A program made the position numbers and the translations under genes. This document shows positions 55,161 to 64,000 of a stretch of DNA of 64,000 nt, in pieces. The stretch comes from an uncultured Pseudomonadota bacterium (GTDB lineage Bacteria; Desulfobacterota; Binatia; Binatales; Binataceae), in the NCBI GenBank assembly GCA_963837035.1, contig CAWIMH010000031.1, positions 11,571 through 75,570 on the forward strand. The letters are read 5' to 3'. Every line of letters begins with the position of its first letter. Within the stretch, counting starts at the first letter, position 1. The notes below the pieces were generated by a model, which searched no databases, was not told the origin of the DNA, and was given only the letters and a program-made list of their open reading frames with translations.

Positions 55161-57526
55161 ATGAGGCGAACGACCCTTCGCGGGCTCGAGGTTTTCGTTG
55201 CCGTCATCGAGGCGGGTGGCTTTCGAGCCTGCTCGGACCTGTTGGATATTTCCCCGGCAGCGGTCATCCACCAGGTGAATCACCTCGAGGAAGAGATCGG
55301 CTACCGCCTTTCTTTCGCCGCAGAGGGCGAGTGTGCAAATTGACCGAACAGGGTGCCAAGGCGTACGAAGAGGCGAAGGGTCTTCTGGGCCATGGCCTCG
55401 ATCCGAGCGGCAACGCTCCAAGGCTAGACGAGTATATGGCGCTGGTACACCCCGAAGATCGGGAGTTCATCGCGCAGGAAATTCAGAAGATGGTAGCAAA
55501 CCATAGCGGCTTCGACTTCACGATACGCATTGTGCGGCCGGATGGAGAGATTCGTCGCGTACGTTTCGTTGGCAGCCCGGCGACTCACGCTGGGGCGGTC
55601 CAGGAGTTTATCGGTACGGGAATGGACGTCACGGAGCACGAACTCCTGACTCAGGAACTGCGACGCCGCGAAGCTTATCTGGCGGAGGCCCAAAGACTTA
55701 GTCACACAGGCAGCTTCGGGTGGAAACCTGACACGGGTGAGATTATCTGGTCAGCCGAAACCTATCGCATCTTTGAGTATGACCGAGCGGTTACGCCAAC
55801 AATGGACTTAGTGGTGCAGCGCGTCCATCCGCAGGAGCGGGCCGACTTTCAGAAGGTCATCGATGGTGCCTCTCGGGGGGCGATAGATTTCGAGCATACC
55901 TATCGTTTGCTGCTGCCTGACGGGCGAGTCAAGCACGTCCACGCGATAGCTCACGCTTTACAGGATGCATCTGGCAATCGCGAGTTTGTCGGGGCGGTGA
56001 CTGATATCACCGAGCAGCGCCACGCCGAAGCGGTGATCAGAGAACAAGAAGCTGAGCTTCGCGAGGTGGTCGATACCATTCCGGCGATTGTATGGAGTAC
56101 GCTGCCCGATGGCTCCAATACTTACGTTAACAAGCGATTTGTGGAGTACTCGGGGTCATCGACGGAACAGACGGCCGGATCAGGGTGGCAAGCGCTAATT
56201 CACCCTGATGATCTTGAGCGACATGCAGGTAAATGGATGGAAGCGGTTGCAACCGGCAAGCCTCTCGAAAGTGAGGTGCGTTCCCGCCGCTCGGATGGGA
56301 AATATCGCTGGCAGTTGGACCGCGGAGTGCCGCTTCGAGATGAAGATGGAAACATCGTCAAGTGGTATGGGGTCACGACCGACATCGAAGATCGCAAGCG
56401 AGCTGAGGAAGCCCTCCGGAGCAGTGAAGCGTACCTGGCGGAGGCACAAAGACTCAGCCACACGGGCAGTTGGGCCTGGAATCCAGATCAGGATATCAGG
56501 TACTGGTCGGAGGAATGCTACCGTGTTCTGAGTTTCGATCCACGGGATGGTTTGCCCCGATTCGAAGATTTCTTTCAGCGGATTCATCCCGACGACCAAC
56601 CCGGCTTCAGGGAACTAATCCAGACGGCTATTCGCGAGAAGGCAGAGTGGGAGGCGGACTACCGCATCGTGCATCCCGATGGCCCCGTCAGGGACATTCA
56701 CGTCTTAGGTCATCCGGTTCTGGGCACGTCCGGTCATCTCGTTGAATTTGTGGGCACTGTGATTGACATCACTGAGCGTAAGCGAGCGGCCGAAGCGCTG
56801 CGCGATGCGCAAGACGCCCTCGCGCGCGCCAACCGCGCGACGACTTTAGGGATGCTCGGCGCTTCGATCGCCCATGAGGTAAATCAGCCGCTCGGCGCCA
56901 TAGCCGCGAGCGCCGCTGCCTGCTCGCGGTGGCTCTCGGCGCAGCCGCCCAATCTCGACAAGGCACAGCGCTCTCTCGAGCGGATCGCCAACGACCGCAG
57001 GCGGGCAAGTGCGGTCATCGACCGGCTGCGCGCCCTCGCGAAGCGCCAAGCGCCGCGCAAGGGCCGCTTCGATCTCAACGAGGTGATCCTCGAAGTGCTC
57101 GCACTCACGGACGACGAGCTGCGTCGCAACGAGATCCTGGTGGAGACTTCGCTCGACGTAGACCTACCGACGGTCGAATGCGATCGCATCCAGATCCAGC
57201 AGATCATCCTCAACCTCATCATCAATGCGATTGAGGCGATGAGCGCGGTCGATGATCGCCACCGCCAGCTCGCCATCGGCTCCGCAAAGGAGGGTGCAAA
57301 CGCGGTCCGGGTTGAGGTGCGCGACTCCGGACCGGGCGTCGACCCGAGCCATGCGGATCGGCTGTTCGAGGCGTTCTATACGACCAAGTCGGAAGGCATG
57401 GGCATGGGGCTGTCCATCTGCCGCGCCATTATCGAGGCCCACGGCGGACGGTTGTGGGTAAGTCAGAACGGGCCCCACGGTGCCGCCTTCTGTTTCTCGC
57501 TGCCTATGGAATCGGCAGCGGCGTGA
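55161..57526 (+). CDS. LysR-type HTH fused (across a 2-nt frameshift near 55310) to a four-PAS histidine kinase
   Basis: TLRGLEVFVAVIEAGGFRACSDLLDISPAAVIHQVNHLEEEIGYRL/FRRRGRVCKLTEQG, then VHPED...PAC repeats, [41 protein letters not shown]. Confidence 0.75.
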
Positions 57527-57789
57527 ATGACGATAGAGCGACCGGTCGTTGTCGGCTCCTTGCGAGTCATCCGCGTATCGACGAAGCCTGCCGTGAAGCG
57601 GAGCCCGCCGGCGGCGATGGTAAAGCGGCAGTGACTGCCGAATAACTGCCGCTGGGATCCGTCGGACTGGCCAGGTTGTAGACCTTTCCCTCAGCGGTAA
57701 TGCCCGCGAAATCGACATTGCGCTTTCATTGGCTGAAGCGATGGTCAAGAGTCACTGCGGCGGGCGGTGGCTTGTGAGGATTTGACGCC

Positions 57790-59064
57790 TCACGCCGGTC
57801 TCGAAAGAGCCATGCCGATCGCCCGTCCGTTGACGATCAAGGCGCCGATCAGCGAGGCCGCTGCGGCGGCGAGGGCACCGTAGGCGGTCACGCCCAGCGC
57901 GCAAATCAGCACGACCGCCACGGCGCCGGATCCGACAGCGACGCCGATCCGCCGTGCATTCCACTCCACCACCGCGTGCCGCACCGCTGGACGACCGACG
58001 CCATTGGCCCACTGCACCCCCAGAAGAAGCGCATACACCGTCAACTGCGAATCGTAAGGCTTCCCGTAGAGCGCCAGGGTTGCCGGCGCCAACACCAAGA
58101 GCGGCACCACGAACGCTGAGCTGTAGACCAACGCCGCAGCGAGCTGCCTCAGCAGCAGGCGCCGCGGCGCCTGGACCGGCTGCGTAGCCATCAAGGTTTC
58201 GCGGCAGCCTGTCAGGTTCAATGCCGGCAGAAAGATATCGACGATCAGCGCCGTGCGCGCGGCCACGGCATATTGCGCCATCTGTATCGGCGGCGCCCAG
58301 ACGGCCAGGATGCACAGGGGTCCCCACAGCAGCAAGCCGCGCGCAAGGCCGATCAATTCCCGCGAGTCCACCCCTTGCAGTGCTTCACGGCAAATCGGCA
58401 GGGAGCCTCGCGCCTCGCGCGACCGGGAAGGCACGCCAGGCGAGCGCCGCCGCCACTCCCGCAGAGACGAGGCTCCCCAGGAGGAATGCCCAGGAGTAAA
58501 GCGCGAGCGACGCGTCGGAAGGTGCGAGCACCACCGCAAGAAGCATGGAGAGGTTCACGGCATAGGCGGCCACGACGATGCCGAGCGTCCGATTGGCCGC
58601 GCGCAGCGCCTCGCCCAAGAGGCTCGACAGGCTGACGCAGGGGACGGCGAGCACGAAGGGCAGATAGGTCTGCAATATCGTTTGCAGCTGCGGCGCCTGG
58701 ATGTCCAGGTCGGCCGTCACGACCAAGCAGAACTGCACACAGGAGGCTGGACGCGCAGCAGCATCCGCCGCGCGAGCTGCATCAGTAGTACTCCATTGGG
58801 AATACCGGTGGTTGTGGCGCGCCGCCCGATGATGTGCTGCGCCATGTAGATCTCGTACTTGCCCCGCAAGAGCGTGCTCAAGCCCAGGGCGATGACGAAC
58901 CCGCGAAAGTAAACCCCCGCCTCCTCCGGTGTCAGAGCACGTACCACCGCCCAGGTCGCCAGGATCTGGAGCGCCGCGCCTAGAAGGCGTAGCAACAGCT
59001 CTCCGATCCACGAATGCGCAGCGGTGGTGGAGCGCTCCCCCGCGGCTGCTGCCGTCTCCGCCAT
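57790..59064 (-). CDS. Multi-TM MOP-superfamily (Wzx/MATE-like) membrane protein, frameshifted
   Basis: LQILATWAVVRALTPEEAGVY, LGEALRAANR, MAQYAVAARTA, APATLALYGKPY, spread over three frames. Confidence 0.6.
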
Positions 59065-59108
59065 GCCAATTACCCTCTTGCCAGCCTAAACATACACCCA
59101 TGCGGGCC

Positions 59109-60633
59109 CTAGTTCGAAGCGGACGGGCCCGAATGCGCGGGTGAGCTCTCAGAACTCGAAGGCTCGAGGGTCGTCTGGGCGGCCGCAGCGTGCTCCCGGA
59201 GTCCTCCACCCAGCGCCTTGTACAGCGTCACGAGGTTTTGCAGGCGCAAGAGCCGCACGGTTTGCAACTGCTGCTGGGCGCTATAGAGCTGCACCTGCGC
59301 AACGAGCGCGCTCAGATAGCTGTCAACGCCGCCCCGGTAGCGCATGTCGGCCAGCCGATAGGCTGCGGCCGAGGCCGTCACGAGAGCTTGCTGAGCCGCG
59401 AGCTGCTCATCGAGCGTGCCGCGGGCGACCAGCGCATCGGCGACCTCGCGGAAGGCGGTCTGAATCGCCTTCTCGTACTGCGCGACCGCGGTATCGCGAG
59501 CGATCTGGGTCGCCTGGAGGTTGGCGACGTTGGCACCGCCCGCGAAGATCGGGAGACTGATCTGCGGGGAGAAGGTCCAGGCGCGCGAACCGGCCTTGAA
59601 CAAGCCTGACAGCTGCGGGCTTTCGGTGCCGAAATTGCCGGTGAGCGAGATGGCGGGCAGGAACGCCGCACGCGCCGCGCCGATCTGTGCGTTGGCGGCC
59701 ATGAGCTGATGCTCGGCGGCGAGTACATCGGGCCGGCGCACCAGCACGTCTGAGGGAATGCCCTCCTCGAGCTCGGCTACCATGTTTCCGCGGTCCAGGC
59801 CGCCGGAAAAATCGATGCCGTCCGGGATCGGCGCGCCGAGCAAGAGCTGCAGCGCATCGCGGTCCTGAGCCAGCTGCCGGTTGTACTGGGCGAGGTTGGC
59901 GCGTGCCGTGTCGACCGTGGTCTCGGCCTGACGCAGCGCGAGCTCCGTGGTCGTGCCGCCGTTGAACAGCTTCTGCGTCAGCGCGTAGGAGTCTTCCTGG
60001 CTCTTCAACGTGTCACGGGTGATGTCGAGCAGGGTCTGATCGGCGAGCACCGTGAGGTAGGCGGTGGCGACTTCCGCCACCAGGGTGAGCTGCACACTGC
60101 GCCTCGTTTCGCCCGAGCTGAAGTACTGCTGCAGGGCTGCATGGCTCAAGCTACGGATGCGGCCGAAAAGATCCAGCTCGTAATTCGTGAAGCCGACTCC
60201 GACGTTATAGGTGTGCACGGTGATCCCGCCGGTCGGCAGAGCCTTCCCCGATCCGGCTGCCGCTGCCGCGGCGTTGGGATTTTCAGACTCCAACACGCTG
60301 ATTGGAATCTCCTCCACCTGCTCGACAGCGCTCGCGTTGACGGTCGGAAACAGCTGGGCGCGCTGGATGCGGTATTGCGCCTGAGCGCTTTGCACATTCA
60401 GAGCCGCGACGCGCAGGTCGCGATTGTTGGTAAGCGCGAGCGCGATCAGCTGCTGAAGCTGCGGATCGGGAAAGAACTCGCGCCAGCCGATGTCGGCGGC
60501 CGCCGGGTCGCCCGCTGTGCCGCCTGGGAGCGCCGGCACCGGTGCGGGCGGGCGATGATAATGCGGCTCCAAGGTACAGGCGCCGAGGAGTGCGGCCACG
60601 CGCGGCGAGGAACAAGATGCTTCTGCAAGCCAT
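59109..60633 (-). CDS. OprM/NodT outer membrane efflux lipoprotein (frameshift in signal peptide)
   Basis: LLGACTLEPHY, WREFFPDPQLQQLI, YELDLFGR, GIPSDVLVRRPDV, LYKALGGG. Confidence 0.92.
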
Positions 60634-60635
60634 CC

Positions 60636-63600
60636 TCAGCTCCCCGAGGCCCGCGGCGGGGACTGCGGCGGCCGCGGGGGCTCCTCGTGCCTGCGGCGAT
60701 CGCCGAACACCGAGCGGACGCTCACGAAGAACACCGGTACGAGGAACACGGCGAGCACCGTGGCCGTCAGCATGCCGCCGATCACGCCGGTGCCGATGGC
60801 GATGCGTCCGCCGGCGCCCGCCCCGGTAGCGATCGCCAGCGGCAGCACACCCAGGATGAAGGCCATCGAGGTCATGAGGATCGGCCGCAGGCGCTGGCGG
60901 GCCGCCGCGACCGTGGCCTCGATCACATGCATGCCGCGCTCGTGGTTTTCCAACGCGAACTCCACGATCAGGATCGCGTTCTTGGCCGAAAGTCCCACCG
61001 TGGTGAGCAGGCCCACCTGAAAGAAGACGTCGTTAGCGAGTCCGCGCCAGAGCGTGGCGGCGATGGTGCCGATGATGCCGAGCGGCACCACCAGCATCAC
61101 CGAGAAAGGGATCGACCAGCTCTCGTAGAGCGCCGCGAGGCACAGAAACACGACGGTGAGCGAGACGGCGTACAGCGCCGGCGCCTGCGAGCCCGAGCGC
61201 ACCTCCTCGTAGGAGAGGCCGGTCCACTCGTAGCTCACGCCCTTCGGGCAGCTTCGTGACCGCCGCCTCCATCGCGGCGAGCGCATCCCCGGTGCTCCTG
61301 CCGGGTGCCGGGGCGCCCAGGAATTCCAGCGAGGGTGTGCCGTTATAGCGCTCCAACTTGGGCGAGCCCACGATCCAGTGCGCCGAGGCGAAGGTCGAGA
61401 AGGGCACCATTTGACCCGCGCCGTTGCGCACGTACCAGAGACCCAGGTCCTGCGGCAGCATGCGCGAGTCGGCATCGCCCTGCAGGAACACCCGCTTGAC
61501 GCGGTTGCGGTCGACGAACTGGTTGACAAAAGCCGAGCCCCAGCCGGCGCCGAGGGCATCGTTGATGTTGCCGATCGCAAGGCCGAGCGCGCTCGCCTTT
61601 TCCCAGTCGATGTCGAGTTTGTACTGCGGCTCATCATCGAGGCCGTTCGGCCGTATCATGCCGATCGCCGGGTCCTTGCTCGCCAGCCCCAGTAGCTGAC
61701 CGCGCGCCTGCATCAGCGCCGCATGGCCGACGTTGCCGCGGTCCTCGAGCTCGAAGTCGAATCCCGTGGCGTTGCCGAGCTCGAGCGCGGCCGGCGGCGC
61801 GAACGCGACCACGAACGCTCCCCGGATCTGGTGGAAGCGCTTGTTGGCGCGCTCCGCCAGGGCAAACACGGAGTTCTTTTTCCCCGGGCGCTCCGACCAG
61901 TCCTTCAGGCGGACGAATACGAGGCCGGCGTTCTGCCCGTGGCCGCCGAAGCTGAAGCCGTTGACGGTGAACACGCCGCTCACGAGATCTTTCTCATCCT
62001 TGAGGAAGTAGTCGCGCGCCTCGTTGAGAGCCCGCTGCGTGAGCTCACTCGCTGCGCCCGGCGGCGCCGACACCTGGACGAACAAAATGCCCTGATCCTC
62101 ATCAGGCAGGAAGGATCTTGGCACGCGCACGAACAACACGCCCATCGCCACCACGATGACCCCATACACCAAGAGGTAGCGCCGGGTGCGCCCCGTGACA
62201 TGAGTGACTCCGCGCTCGTAGCCGCGATTCATCCGGGTGAAGCCGCGATTGAACCAGCCGAAGAAGCCCTCGCTCGCGCTCGTGGGCCTCCGCGACCCGC
62301 GGCTTGAGGAGCGTCGCGCACAATGAAGGCGTGAAGATCAGCGCCACCATCACCGACAGAGCTCATGGCCGAGACGATGGTGATGGAGAACTGACGGTAG
62401 ATGACACCCGTAGAGCCGCCGAAGAAGGCCATGGGCAGGAACACCGCCGACAGCACCAGGGCGATGCCGACCAGGGCGCCCGTGATCTCGCCCATCGAGC
62501 GTCGCGTCGCATCCTTCGGTGAGAGCTTCTCCTCCTCCATCACGCGCTCGACGTTCTCCACGACGACGATCGCGTCGTCCACCAAGCAGACCGATGGCGA
62601 GCACCATGCCGAACATGGTCAGCGTGTTGATCGAGAATCCCGCGGCGGCGAGTATGGCGAAGGTGCCCAAGAGCACCACGGGGACGGCGATGGTCGGAAT
62701 CAGCGTGGCCCGGAAGTTCTGCAGGAACAGGTACATCACCAGGAATACCAGCACGATCGCCTCGAAGAGCGTCTTCACGACCTCATCGATGGAGACGCGC
62801 ACGAATGGCGTGGTGTCATAGGGATAAATGAGCTTGAGGCCGGGCGGGAAGAACGGCGCCAGCTTGTTCATGGTCGCGCGCACCGCGTTGGCGGTGTCCA
62901 GAGCGTTCGCGCCTGTGGCGAGCTTCACCGCCAGGCCCGCCGCCGGCTTGCCGTTGTACTCGGTGTGGACCGAATAGCTCTCGGCGCCGAGGCCGATGCG
63001 GGCAACGTCCCGGAGCCGCACCTGCGAGCCGTCGGTGTTCACCTTGAGCAGCACGCGGCCGAACGCCTCCGCACTGGTGAGGCGCTCGGGGCCGATGATG
63101 GTGGCGTGGAGGCGCTGTCCCCTCACGGAGGGGAGCCCCCCCAGCTCCCCGGAAGGAACCTGCAGGTTCTGCGCCTGCAGCGCGTTATTGACGTCCGTCG
63201 GTGTCAGCCCATAGTTATTGAGCTTCGCCGGATCCAGCCAGATGCGCATCGCGTACTGGGTGCCGAACAGCTGATAGTCACCGACCCCGGGTGTGCGGCT
63301 GACCGGATCCTGTACATACGAGGCGATGTAGTCGCTCACGTCCTCGCTGCTCATCGAACCATCGGTCGAGTAGAAGCCGATCACGAGCAGGAAATTGCGG
63401 GTGGCCTTGGCGACGCGCAGACCCTCCTGCTGCACTTCGATCGGCAGGAGCGGGGTGGCGAGCTGCAGCTTGTTCTGCACTTGCACCTGGGCGATGTCGG
63501 GATTCGTGCCCTGCTCGAAGTAGAGCGTGATGGTCATGCTCCCGTCGGCATCGCTTTCGGAGCCGAAATAGAGCAGGTGATCGATGCCGCTCAACTGCTG

Positions 63601-63798
63601 CTCGATGACCTGCGTGACGGAGCTTTGCACGGTGTCGGCCGAGGCGCCGGGATAGATCACCTGAATGGAAATGGCAGGCGGGGCGATGGTCGGATACTGC
63701 GCGATAGGCAGCGTCGTGATGGCGAGTGCCCCCATCAGCATGACGACGATGGCGAGTACCCAGGCAAAGACCGGGCGGTCGATGAAGAAATTGACCAT
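60636..63798 (-). CDS. acrB: AcrB/MexB-type HAE1 RND efflux transporter (several frameshifts)
   Basis: [83 protein letters not shown]. Confidence 0.92.
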
Positions 63799-63807
63799 GG
63801 CCGGCGC

Positions 63808-64000
63808 CTACTTTGCGGAGCCCTGAGCGGTCGCGGCCCGCCGGCTGCGCCGTCTTCTCATCCGCCGGCCGGTACTCCTCGGGCACGACCTTGGAGCCGG
63901 GCTTCGCCAATTGGATCCCCTCGACGATGACGCGGTCCCCGGGCTTGAGCCCCGAAGTCACCAGCCATTGATCGCCGACAGCGCGATCGGTCTCGATGGT
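63808..64000 (-). CDS. AcrA-type RND membrane fusion protein, C-terminal part (runs off the window)
   Basis: GDQWLVTSGLKPGDRVIVEGIQLAKPG. Confidence 0.85.

Noticed and set aside
57523-57760. Possible stub of a FixJ-type regulator (GTG overlapping the kinase stop) and a possible LysR C-terminal remnant (GQVVDLSLSGNAREIDIAL)
   Set aside because: Too short and degenerate to support without a homology search
97-63961. Long antisense or alternate-frame ORFs (e.g. 97-720, 909-1703, 30915-32165, 32824-33753, 62401-63930)
   Set aside because: They are shadow ORFs of real genes in high-GC DNA, Arg/Pro/Ala-rich and without motifs
1-64000. rRNA, tRNA, transposase, integrase, prophage or defence genes
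   Set aside because: No such motifs were seen by eye. The AAA/TPR kinase is a signalling sensor ending in a His-kinase, not an Avs-type effector.

Overview
GC-rich proteobacterial accessory region (gene style suggests a soil Steroidobacteraceae-like gammaproteobacterium; this is inference). It is probably a low-coverage long-read consensus, because many genes at 5.8-20.3 kb, 36-45 kb and 57.7-64 kb carry 1-2 nt frameshifts. Contents: two ThDP pyruvate:quinone oxidoreductases, cyoABCDE, a cNMP-gated MscS channel, ytcA-mdtN-mdtO-TolC, pqiA-pqiA-pqiB-pqiC, an eroded acyl-CoA operon, a ycaC-ytcJ-doxX-EmrB-EmrA-NodT-ycaC operon, a signalling block (MalT-like LuxR, giant kinase/AAA/GAF/PAS/His-kinase, FixJ-type regulator, receiver, BTAD, LRAT acyltransferase), a TonB receptor plus periplasmic Mo-aldehyde dehydrogenase, pirin, a LysR-HTH/PAS/His-kinase chimera and an RND pump. 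The main unannotated signal is a 16-bp inverted repeat, TCCCCC-N4-GGGGGA, found 10 times. All copies are intergenic and each sits 23 nt (24 in one case) from an nAnnnT -10 hexamer. Nine face an adjacent operon and the tenth faces a terminator-bounded ~320-nt transcript with no clear gene. This defines a candidate class II activator regulon covering most of the island. Positions 1-~1122 look like a planctomycete HEAT-repeat gene joined in frame to a 3-hydroxyacyl-CoA dehydrogenase, which is likely a chimeric junction. No rRNA, tRNA, CRISPR array or transposase was seen.
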